53,733 bases of DNA from a virus. Lineage: Duplodnaviria; Caudoviricetes. The translations under genes and the position numbers were made by a program. Positions 41,601 through 49,450 of the stretch are shown here, piece after piece. The notes below the pieces were generated by a model. The model was not told the DNA's origin and ran no database searches. It worked only from the letters and a program-made list of their open reading frames with translations. Each line of letters begins with the position of its first letter. Position 1 is the stretch's first letter. The stretch is taken from positions 1 through 53,733 of IMG/VR virus record IMGVR_UViG_3300027126_000252, one strand, 5' to 3'.

Positions 41601-42938
41601 AATGGTCTCAAAATAAACATAAAAAATGCTACTGCAGAGACCCTATTCCCTAGAATAATACCAGACTCAATCCAGACCAACCCAGATATAAAAGATAAGG
41701 TCAAAGCTGTTATTAAAACACCAGGAACTCTATTTAAAGACAACCCTTATGTAAAAGATTTTGAAAGTAAAAGTTATGACACTACAAACCCCTTAGAAAT
41801 ATTACTAGAATCTGCTGCGGGTAATTTATGGCAAGCTATTGAAGAAGACCACCAATCATACCTTAAGAAACAGAAACCTATTACAGAACAGAATGAAGGT
41901 GAATTTAATACAACTAAAGTAGAGTATCAAAATTTATCTAAAACTATATTTGCATTAACCGAATTAGTAATCCCCCCTATAAATAAGCCTAACTCAACAC
42001 TAACAGCTAAAGAAAAAAAACCCCAATTCAAAGAAAAAGGAAAGAGGAGTATGGTACTACCTGTATCTGATGATGAGGGTTATGAAGTTTATGGGTTTCA
42101 GGCATATGGGAGAGGTCTAGATCTTAAAGTAGGTGGTGGGTATATGTCTTTATTACAACAAGATTACACTAGAGTTCTTACCTCAGCACAATCCGAAAAT
42201 ATTTATAAGATACTAAAGAAAGATCTGACTGATCAAGAACGACTTACTGGAGTAAAAGCAGAATTAAAGGGTGTATCGGAAACTCTAAATAATATGGCTC
42301 CAGAAGAAAGAAACATTATTATCAATTCTACGGGTATTCTTTTAAATAAGGAAACTGATGATCCTAAAATTGAAATTGTAGAAGCATTTGTAACTCAATT
42401 TGCAAACAGAATCGTAAGTAATCAAGAAATAGATAAATTTGGTAAAGAGGATACTAATAGATTTGTTGTTGCTGAGAATATACCAAAAGCATTAAACCAA
42501 ATAGCTCCTGGCGGTGTTAAAAATAGTGGGTCTGTATGTCAATGTAGAGGCTATGATTCAGACTTAGACTTAGAAAACCTAGATGTTTATAATACCCCTT
42601 ATGTTAAATTAGACTTTAGTGGGTCAGAACCGGATACCTTCTCTCAGAAGCTACATGATGTGATGGTAGAAAAAGGGACAATATGGAAACAAGAACAAGC
42701 AAGTTATCGTGGTTCTGATACCACAGAAAATGGTGCAGTTTTAAGAAACATAGTAGATACAGTTATAGGTGCGGTAGATAATATTAAAAATACTGTACTT
42801 AGTGTTGATGAGAAGTTCATAGCTATTACAGAAACATACACAAGCACACTAGATGCTATTGACCAAAAAGAAAAAAAAGCACTAGAAAATAATGCATCTA
42901 AAAATGTCTTATTCACTGAGGATAAAAAAGAAAAATGA
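38625..42938 (+). CDS. Baseplate hub protein (gp27/gpD-like) with large insertions
   Basis: 'PVFHGVVTSI', 'FEFYQDVDGDLVFKPP.YN', 'KYGWR', 'RPELKPGYPV.I....YYV..V.H' hub motifs. Confidence 0.75.
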   Translation: MTISIKGGTSATTTGKILDRPYVGLWKPNFRKTLSYAPDALVYINGDTSLVGCKDCNNRIDFQPYITQVSCGAGVEASSGDANISFSIPKHHGDSIFKDGAFLITPGLEVNIYIRGVFDVKDLNNDEIVEYTDEKYNLKDLKMKPYYPVFHGVVTSISYAYGGGFYSGSFSCNNLLYFWQYQSITTNGAAFGAKPSESAGSVQMTGHKFTGMTPHQIIYSLFRDTGGSAQGVIGGINKKSNVNARVGKQDAYSLSLRYWERRFSQGMYGLRMHGASGRLFSSLEQVYYGNTNGRETNKVASANTGVKNKKQSKTKTPNPLGNNEAFLRRANIIKVDGDGTSSRIFSRGVDIQIATQSESGTSQTTADMQAYILDIGNLANINMWEASYETKQQIATTVADKVNFEFYQDVDGDLVFKPPLYNLNTKASRVYVLKPEDIVSMNFSVKEPQYTYAVVKGTLTKNLNGVLDDDFITPKSTYIDYRLVAKYGWRPLEIDSNVHTNTTSAFYYAAAELDRQNQEAETASVTITLRPELKPGYPVYIEHIDCFYYVTSVSHDFTYGSSCSTTIEIKARRKRFMPPGDINVSYKDSPEKAVDLINTNKGAKYLKKKEKTVSTSGIEGEEIIKVTGFPNVVMGIDMTRIDPNFFFMGTETLEIEKPYFKQMIIAEAISLGVLQLDENSSSDPFSAKAKFVVFDVVENGRPKQIGTISANDITSGQKSIGDIIPQYQKSLDKIAGSKLKPEQKAENREAAELKRDKAFNDLTNVDGNTNNGGQQENVTFIYSEEYEKTLLNPEDGTKPSLTLLDLINIMRVNKQRANEVSSGMGSTANILELLSNKKNAFSPHVPGYFRYFSCSHPDPKMQGATEIDFIEDSGEIKSVGERLIKTSEERFNGNKVNMVVPDPTSTDGDLVTFTQAYPVAGLKVKNYFTNQIDVIPTNEITSLTFQEHPVILKTGKIDPKKDKGELWVGLPPDLYRDNKDMIKRQFIYDFIKNGLKINIKNATAETLFPRIIPDSIQTNPDIKDKVKAVIKTPGTLFKDNPYVKDFESKSYDTTNPLEILLESAAGNLWQAIEEDHQSYLKKQKPITEQNEGEFNTTKVEYQNLSKTIFALTELVIPPINKPNSTLTAKEKKPQFKEKGKRSMVLPVSDDEGYEVYGFQAYGRGLDLKVGGGYMSLLQQDYTRVLTSAQSENIYKILKKDLTDQERLTGVKAELKGVSETLNNMAPEERNIIINSTGILLNKETDDPKIEIVEAFVTQFANRIVSNQEIDKFGKEDTNRFVVAENIPKALNQIAPGGVKNSGSVCQCRGYDSDLDLENLDVYNTPYVKLDFSGSEPDTFSQKLHDVMVEKGTIWKQEQASYRGSDTTENGAVLRNIVDTVIGAVDNIKNTVLSVDEKFIAITETYTSTLDAIDQKEKKALENNASKNVLFTEDKKEK

Positions 42939-45169
42939 TGAAACTAAACGAAGGGCAAATGAAAGCCAACCTCAATAATAGCACCCTTAGACCTAATAAC
43001 CCTAGCAAAGGTTGGTCTGCCCTCGCTTTAGGCACTGCTAAAGTTCAAATGATTAACTGGGAAGAACTTAGATGCACGATTAAAGTCCTTGACGGTGAAT
43101 TTGAAGAACCTATATATGACGGTGTTGAACTCCTATTCCCCAGCATCGGATCAAGACACTTTCTCGGTGCTATCCCTGAAGTCGGTGATATGTGTGTTGT
43201 TGGTTGGTTTGCTACTGATACTAAAGGTGCTGCAGGCAGTAAAAGACCTGCTATCCTATCCTGGCTCCCTAAAGCATACTATCTAGGTCAAGAATGGATT
43301 CCTACCCAATCCTTTAATGAAGAGGAAGGTCTCCTAAATACCCCTAAAGATAGAAAACATTTAGATGGGGTTTCTAATCGTATTCGTCATAAAATGAGAC
43401 ATTATGAACCTGGTAATATAGGTGCTTCTTCATCTCAAGGCTCAGATTTAGTTCTTGATGAAGGTGTTTTATTATCTAATAGAAGAGCTAATGAAATTAG
43501 ATTAAGGGATCAAGACCAAGCTCTTATTGTCCGTTCCTTACAACAATTCCATGCTATGGGTGGCGCCCGTATATATGGGGGTATGGTTCAAAGAGATGCC
43601 CGTATTATCCCTTATGACTTAATCTCAGATGGTCGTTTATGGGATGGACCTACTCAAGTTAAACCAGATGGGTCTCCTATAACTCAAGATGAATTACCCT
43701 TTGATTCTTTAAGAGGTACTTATCAACCACACCCCTTATTTAGAAAAACTACTTTAAATGGTAAATCAGCATTTGAACAAGATGTAAATACTACTCTTAA
43801 TAGAGCTATTGACCCATATACTTTAATGTATAAAGCTAACCTTATAGATGAAAATCTAAGGTCTACATCAGAAATAGATTTTAATTCCTATGGTGGTAAA
43901 GCAATATTAAGATATGATGCCGATGGTCAAAAAACCTTTAACCAAGCTACTACTGAATATCGTATAGAACTAAACCATACCACAGATGGATTATTACCAG
44001 TAACAGAACAAACTGATGGTATGGATATAGACCGTATACCTGAAAATAGAGGTGCATCAGATAAATCACCTTATATAGAATGGGTATTAGGTACTGTGGT
44101 AGGTAATGATGCTTTTACTGAAGGTGGTAAAAGCCTATATGGTAAACCCCTATATGCTAACGACTTAGGGATTATAGATGATGCTACAGGTCTAGATATA
44201 GAAAATCATTTAGCAACACTATTTAGAATAAAGCCTATTATAGGTGAGGATAGTCCTAGTTATGTAGGTTTTACTAAAGGTGGTGCTTTTAGGGGATATA
44301 TAGGGGCAAAAGAAGCAGTAGGGGCAAGATTAAAAGTAGAAGGTGGTTTAGGATTAGAAATCTTAGGTAATACAAATATTCTATATGGGAGTACAGGATT
44401 TACTTTAAATGGTGATGGTGCATTAGACATAAGAAGTAATAGGAATAGCATATATGTGTTTGCTGGAGGGACATTTAAAGGAAATGGTGAAGGGGATAGT
44501 ATTGTGTTAGAGGGTAAAGGGAATATATCTTTAAAGTCAAGTTCTGTTATCAATTTAGATGCCCCTACGGTTAAATTAAAAAATGCTAGTTCTTTATCCT
44601 TTTCAACACAAAGTGATTTTGCAATCAACAGTGGTGAATCAGTAAGTATAAAGACGAATACAATGAAACAAACTGTTATGGGGGGTCAAAGTTCAGCATT
44701 TAGTTCTATTAACCCTATAGTGCCTCCTAGAGATACTAAAATTTTAGGTGGTCCTGGTATAGTAGACCAAACAACATATACAGCAGGTGTTAAATTAACC
44801 ACAGCTTTAGCAAACTTAACAGATACTACTACAATACCTACGGGTGCTATTACACAAACAGTAGGTGTAGGTGCTATTACTCAAACAGCAAGTGGTAATA
44901 GTAGTATTATATCACCTGCTGGGGTTAATATTACAGCTGCAGTAGGTGTAGTTAGTTTAACTGCTTTAGCAGGTATAGCTACTATTACAGGTAATGCTGG
45001 TGTAACTATTTCATCAGTAGGTCCTGTTGCTATAAGAGGTACAACTATTACCTTATCTAGTCCAGGTGCTTCCGTAGGTCCTATTATGTGTGGAAGTGAT
45101 ATAAATCCATTAACAGGTACTCCCTTTTTAGCTACAATGATCCCAAGAGGTCAAAACCTTACACCATAG
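42935..45169 (+). CDS. Baseplate central spike (gp5/gpV/VgrG-like)
   Basis: N-terminal OB-fold pattern 'AKV..IN.E..RC.IK...GAIPEVGDMCVVGW'; C-terminal Gly/Thr/Ile/Ala beta-helix repeats. Confidence 0.75.
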   Translation: MMKLNEGQMKANLNNSTLRPNNPSKGWSALALGTAKVQMINWEELRCTIKVLDGEFEEPIYDGVELLFPSIGSRHFLGAIPEVGDMCVVGWFATDTKGAAGSKRPAILSWLPKAYYLGQEWIPTQSFNEEEGLLNTPKDRKHLDGVSNRIRHKMRHYEPGNIGASSSQGSDLVLDEGVLLSNRRANEIRLRDQDQALIVRSLQQFHAMGGARIYGGMVQRDARIIPYDLISDGRLWDGPTQVKPDGSPITQDELPFDSLRGTYQPHPLFRKTTLNGKSAFEQDVNTTLNRAIDPYTLMYKANLIDENLRSTSEIDFNSYGGKAILRYDADGQKTFNQATTEYRIELNHTTDGLLPVTEQTDGMDIDRIPENRGASDKSPYIEWVLGTVVGNDAFTEGGKSLYGKPLYANDLGIIDDATGLDIENHLATLFRIKPIIGEDSPSYVGFTKGGAFRGYIGAKEAVGARLKVEGGLGLEILGNTNILYGSTGFTLNGDGALDIRSNRNSIYVFAGGTFKGNGEGDSIVLEGKGNISLKSSSVINLDAPTVKLKNASSLSFSTQSDFAINSGESVSIKTNTMKQTVMGGQSSAFSSINPIVPPRDTKILGGPGIVDQTTYTAGVKLTTALANLTDTTTIPTGAITQTVGVGAITQTASGNSSIISPAGVNITAAVGVVSLTALAGIATITGNAGVTISSVGPVAIRGTTITLSSPGASVGPIMCGSDINPLTGTPFLATMIPRGQNLTP

Positions 45170-45998
45170 GCTTCAAATTTCTATCTACATATTTATTTTT
45201 ATATAACCAATACATTTGCATAGCTAAGGCTGCAGGTAATAAAATATTCCAACCTATTTTTAAAGATTTAAGAATCATACCGCCTGGCAAATCAGGTATC
45301 AGTAAAGATAATAGATAACCCACACCAGATTCTGGTAAAGATTCTATTAACTCTTCCCAAGAGATCATACCTAACATACCTCTTACAATATCTATTATAT
45401 CCCAAGAGATTTCTGTTACAGTAGTCCATATCTTCCAATAGATATATGCTTTAATAGGTACTGACAAGGCTTTTAAAATATGACTACGACTTAATAAATC
45501 ATCTAGAAACTTTGCAAAAGGTTTAACTTTCTTACCTATACCCTTTAATATATTCTGAACAGGTAAAGGCAATTTATCTACTACATAATGTATAACATTA
45601 GTAAAGGTAGGCATATCATTATATGCTTTAATAAAAAAGTGAACGGCATCAAAATCTTTATCTAGTTTAGATAACATACTCTTTAATTGATTTTCACCTA
45701 GTTCTAAAAAAGCACCAAATTTCTTATCAAACTCTATTATAGCTTCCCATGTGTTTATAGATGTTATCCCTAACATCTCTTTAAACTTAGTCCAATATTC
45801 AGGCATCTTTTGAAATGCTTCATATAACTGCTTTATCTTAGATGCTAAACCACCAAAACCTGCTGTTTTAACAATATATTTACCAAATACCTCAAGGGTA
45901 TTTATATTTAAATCTCTTCTTACTAAACTAGCACCCCTTACCATAGGTGTTGACTTTATTGCTATGTAACAAGCATATCTTATTCTATTTCTAATCAT
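45159..45998 (-). CDS. Hypothetical protein with hydrophobic C-terminal helices; putative virion-internal/membrane protein
   Basis: Likely start is the ATG at 45998 after an AGGAG RBS (MIRNRIRYAC...); RYA and KTAG motifs. Confidence 0.65.
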   Translation of the reverse strand: MIRNRIRYACYIAIKSTPMVRGASLVRRDLNINTLEVFGKYIVKTAGFGGLASKIKQLYEAFQKMPEYWTKFKEMLGITSINTWEAIIEFDKKFGAFLELGENQLKSMLSKLDKDFDAVHFFIKAYNDMPTFTNVIHYVVDKLPLPVQNILKGIGKKVKPFAKFLDDLLSRSHILKALSVPIKAYIYWKIWTTVTEISWDIIDIVRGMLGMISWEELIESLPESGVGYLLSLLIPDLPGGMILKSLKIGWNILLPAALAMQMYWLYKNKYVDRNLKPMV

Positions 45999-46028
45999 AA
46001 CTATGTATCTCCTCATATAAGAGGACAA

Positions 46029-46712
46029 CTACATAAAATATTTATTCAAACCCTCAATACCTTCCCTAGTCCATAAATCATTAGGGTCTTTACCCCTATA
46101 TTTACACTCTACTGACCTAATACCTATCTTAGCTAATTTTCTCACTAAATCAGCTGATTTAGCTTTACCTGTTTCATCATTATCATAACAAATGTAAATT
46201 GATGACATAGGTGTATAAAATCTCTCAAATAACTTGAAGGTGTTTTCATCCATACCTGCTCTCATAGTAGAACAAACTACATGAGGTGGTCTAATTGCTT
46301 TTTGTAAAGCTACTAAATCAAATACACCTTCTACTATATAAACATCATCGCCATTCCATAATCCTTCAACTACTTTATGGGCATTGATAAGAGTAGGTAG
46401 CCATTGACTACGGTCTAGCATATACTTGTGTACTTTTTTATTACCTTCTGAGTCCCATGTTCTAGCTTCAAAGCCTATAAGTTTATTTCTAGGGCAATGT
46501 AAAGGGATAATAAGGTGATCCTTTAATCTTTCACCTTTACTACCAAAAGAACTTACAAATCTTTGACAAGGGATAGTAATATTCACTTTATTCGGGTCAT
46601 AGGTATTAAAGATAATACCTGTATTTTCATCTACACCACGAGAAACTAGATAAGAATAGTGTGTAGAACTTACAAACATTGTAGATAATAGGTCTTCGAG
46701 CCAATCAAACAT
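46029..46712 (-). CDS. DNA primase catalytic (TOPRIM) subunit lacking the zinc finger
   Basis: YL..RG, IIPL....KLIGF.AR, KY, YIVEGVFD, CYDNDETG, KDPND; AGGAGG RBS. Confidence 0.88.
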   Translation of the reverse strand: MFDWLEDLLSTMFVSSTHYSYLVSRGVDENTGIIFNTYDPNKVNITIPCQRFVSSFGSKGERLKDHLIIPLHCPRNKLIGFEARTWDSEGNKKVHKYMLDRSQWLPTLINAHKVVEGLWNGDDVYIVEGVFDLVALQKAIRPPHVVCSTMRAGMDENTFKLFERFYTPMSSIYICYDNDETGKAKSADLVRKLAKIGIRSVECKYRGKDPNDLWTREGIEGLNKYFM

Positions 46713-46743
46713 ATATATCCTCCTATGGATATATATTATATGT

Positions 46744-46932
46744 TTATGCCCATACGGGTGGTTGTGCTTTACCTTCTTTTACATCTTTACCTAGAGATTG
46801 ACCTTTATTGTAAAATTCAAGTGCAGTAGCATCTGTGGGGGGTTCATTTTTACCAGCTAAAGCATCTTGGTATCCTCTGATAGTTTCAGTATTAATAGCA
46901 GTTGCAGGTGCTCCTGTTCTCATCATTGCCAT
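46744..46932 (-). CDS. Small protein (62 aa), weak resemblance to the ribosome modulation factor fold
   Basis: AAGGAG RBS before ATG at 46932; RGYQDALAGK...P...FYNKG. Confidence 0.55.
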   Translation of the reverse strand: MAMMRTGAPATAINTETIRGYQDALAGKNEPPTDATALEFYNKGQSLGKDVKEGKAQPPVWA

Positions 46933-46997
46933 TTTATAACTCCTTTGTTTATTTATATCGGTATAGTATAGTATATTATACAAAGGAGTCATTAAAA

Positions 46998-47240
46998 ATG
47001 AAATATCTATTTACATTATCTATTCTAAGCTTAACTTTCTTATATGCACAAGAGAAAGCACCTACACATGAAGAAATTAGAACTTGTATTGAGTACTGTG
47101 CTTTAACACCTGAAAAAAAGAAATTAAGAGAAGAGAGTAAATTTAAAGTCTGTGGCGATTGCTCTAATGCTTGCTTTAAAGATGAGTCTTGCATTATAGA
47201 AATTGAATCAGATCTTGAATATCACAAGAAAGGTAAATAA
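46998..47240 (+). CDS. Small exported Cys-rich protein (80 aa)
   Basis: AAGGAG RBS before ATG at 46998; signal peptide MKYLFTLSILSLTFLYA|QE; six Cys. Confidence 0.7.
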   Translation: MKYLFTLSILSLTFLYAQEKAPTHEEIRTCIEYCALTPEKKKLREESKFKVCGDCSNACFKDESCIIEIESDLEYHKKGK

Positions 47241-47816
47241 ATGAGTCAAGACACTAATTTATTTGGTGGTGGTAATGTACTATCCATGTATATCCCCCTT
47301 ACTGAAATTGAAAGAGAATTTATCAGTCGTCTAGTAGAAGCTAATGACTTATATATCCTCATTCATGAATGGGGTGTTGTGAATAAATGTAGAGCTGTCT
47401 TTGGTGATAAGAATCTACATTTATATTTTACTATGGCATTTGATAGACCTGAAGCACCTATGCCCGTATGGTTCTTTGACTTAGAATTAAAAACAAGATC
47501 AGGTATTAGTCTATTTAGACAAAAGCTACCTTGTGATTATGACGGTAAACCTTTAAGTGTATGTCAAGGTGTAGAATTAGAAATGGTATGGGATATTTCT
47601 ATTAATGCTATTGACCCTAAACTGATTAAATCACTTATGCCCCAAACAATAGGTCTTACATCAAGAAGACAAGATAAAGACACAGGAGATTTAACAGTAG
47701 AGGGGAATATGAAATTAAATGCTTTACAGAAGAATACAGCATATGATTTACATAATAGAGAGAATAAGATGAAGAATGATAGATGGGGGTGGAGAAAGAA
47801 ATCTCGTAAGGTATAA
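47241..47816 (+). CDS. Hypothetical protein
   Basis: 191-aa ORF abutting the upstream stop codon. Confidence 0.75.
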   Translation: MSQDTNLFGGGNVLSMYIPLTEIEREFISRLVEANDLYILIHEWGVVNKCRAVFGDKNLHLYFTMAFDRPEAPMPVWFFDLELKTRSGISLFRQKLPCDYDGKPLSVCQGVELEMVWDISINAIDPKLIKSLMPQTIGLTSRRQDKDTGDLTVEGNMKLNALQKNTAYDLHNRENKMKNDRWGWRKKSRKV

Positions 47817-47868
47817 TTTATTTATAGTGTAGGTAGTAGTATAAAGTATTAGATAAAGGTTAACTACT

Positions 47869-48108
47869 ATGTTCACACAACAAGAAAAGCTACAAATGAT
47901 TCGTGTAGCGATGCTTAAAAGACAAGCTAAAAATCTACCTAAAGAAGTTGAAGAAAAAGCTAAACTCTTTATAGAAAAAGGATATGATGTAGGCAAGGCA
48001 TGGGCAATTTCATGGTCAATTTATTGTAAGAGCATCAATCCTAAATCAGAACATTGCCATATGAGACCTAGTCAATATTTTAAAGGTCGTAAAAAGAAGA
48101 AGGTTTAA
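47869..48108 (+). CDS. Small basic protein, ChaB-like 'AWAISW' helix; putative virion DNA-associated protein
   Basis: LPKEV...KAWAISWSIY; Lys/Arg tail; IRVA and RQA motifs at the N-terminus. Confidence 0.5.
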   Translation: MFTQQEKLQMIRVAMLKRQAKNLPKEVEEKAKLFIEKGYDVGKAWAISWSIYCKSINPKSEHCHMRPSQYFKGRKKKKV

Positions 48109-49382
48109 TATTTAATTAAGACATTGTATAAGATACCGTCTTCAACTTTATCAATAGAAATATCTAAATCCTGTGATTGAGTGAGATCAAGTTTATTTGC
48201 TTTAACTTGCTTTAAGAGAATTTGAGACCCCTTCTTTAAGGTTAGGGATAAATCAGTAAAGGATACTGTTCTTTCACCTTGATCTTTAGGGGTCTCAATA
48301 GGTTTAGGGGTCTCAATAGGTTTAGGGGTCTCAATAGGTTTAGGAGTCTCAACAACTTTAGGAGTCTCAATAGGTTTAGTAGCTTCGTCAACTTTAGGAG
48401 TCTCAATAGCTATTTCTCCTACAGCTGGAACAGTCTCTTCTACATGAGATACAACACTAATTATAGGTGTATCCTCACCATGAATTAAATGTAGTAAATC
48501 AGCCACTTCTTTTCTTAATTCATCAGGCAAACGAGAACTAAAGATAACCTTAAAAGAATTATTGACTCTTGATGAGTTTTTAAGATTTTCTGGATCAAGG
48601 GTCTTATCATCAAAGTATGAATATACCCATTTAGATTTAATAGGTAAGGGACACTTTTTACGGATTTCAGCAAGATACTTATCCATATATTCTTCAAGTT
48701 CATCAATATAGTAAGTATAGTTATCACCAAGATTTTGTCTGATCTTATCAAACCAAAAGTCCCTATTCTCTTTATCATCATTAGAATGATAAGGAAAATA
48801 AGAGTAGATATTACTATCTACAAGGGATTTAAAGGTGTCATAGTAAAGGTAATTACCATTAGTTTTAGTAGGTGCAGGCACTTCCTCACCCCTTTCTAAA
48901 GCCTGTTGAATTTCAAGAGCTTTTTTGCTTTTCAGTTCTTGACCAATGTCAAATATACGAGTTGACCAATTTTTGAAATCCTCAACAGCATTTAAAACTT
49001 TTTGTGTAGTTTCAATCATTGGAATGTTTAATCTTTGAGCTTCTTTTTTTGCCCAAATCCTTAAAGCATGACTTGCCATATCTTTCATTAAGCACACCAT
49101 TTCAGTACAATCAGGTACAAAACCTACTGCTCTTTTTGATGCTAACTTATGACCTATCATTATAAAATCAATACCGATTGTTTCACTCATTTGAGGCAAC
49201 CAAGTATCTCTAATTAATGGGTGATGTCCACCTACAACATAAACTTTAAGTTTGCCATCTTTTCTTAAACGATCTTCTGCTTCTCGGATATTATTAAATA
49301 CCTGTTGCATAACTCTATGTGGAGAAGAGGCAGACTGTGTATCAGTAGCTGCTTTTAGCATTAAATTTGCTATTTCTTTCAT
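48105..49382 (-). CDS. Hypothetical early protein, DUF2325-like N-terminal domain and Pro-rich repeat linker
   Basis: 'VYVVGG...MVCLMKDMASH....AKKEAQRLNIP' resembles DUF2325; IETPKP repeats. Confidence 0.6.
   Translation of the reverse strand: MKEIANLMLKAATDTQSASSPHRVMQQVFNNIREAEDRLRKDGKLKVYVVGGHHPLIRDTWLPQMSETIGIDFIMIGHKLASKRAVGFVPDCTEMVCLMKDMASHALRIWAKKEAQRLNIPMIETTQKVLNAVEDFKNWSTRIFDIGQELKSKKALEIQQALERGEEVPAPTKTNGNYLYYDTFKSLVDSNIYSYFPYHSNDDKENRDFWFDKIRQNLGDNYTYYIDELEEYMDKYLAEIRKKCPLPIKSKWVYSYFDDKTLDPENLKNSSRVNNSFKVIFSSRLPDELRKEVADLLHLIHGEDTPIISVVSHVEETVPAVGEIAIETPKVDEATKPIETPKVVETPKPIETPKPIETPKPIETPKDQGERTVSFTDLSLTLKKGSQILLKQVKANKLDLTQSQDLDISIDKVEDGILYNVLIKY
48285..48408 (-). repeat. 18-bp tandem repeat encoding (I/V)ETPK(P/V), about 7 units
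   Basis: TTTAGGGGTCTCAATAGG x3 followed by degenerate copies. Confidence 0.95.
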
Positions 49383-49421
49383 GTCTTGTCCTTTTTTAAG
49401 GGGGTACGCATTGTTAGTGTA

Positions 49422-49450
49422 TTTGTATCAAATACGGTTATTTGTGTCAA
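49422..49450 (-). promoter_or_regulatory. Sigma70-type promoter for 48105-49382
   Basis: TTGACA-N17-TACAAA with TG extension on the minus strand. Confidence 0.7.

Noticed and set aside
45159-46712. Stop-codon readthrough or TAG recoding fusing the TOPRIM gene to the in-frame downstream ORF
   Set aside because: The downstream ORF has its own AGGAG RBS and ATG at 45998, and long genes across the window are intact under the standard code
14757-47240. Bacteroidota host inferred from Gln after the signal peptide
   Set aside because: Only two examples, and the strong Shine-Dalgarno use and TTGACA/TATAAT promoters do not fit that phylum; host remains undetermined
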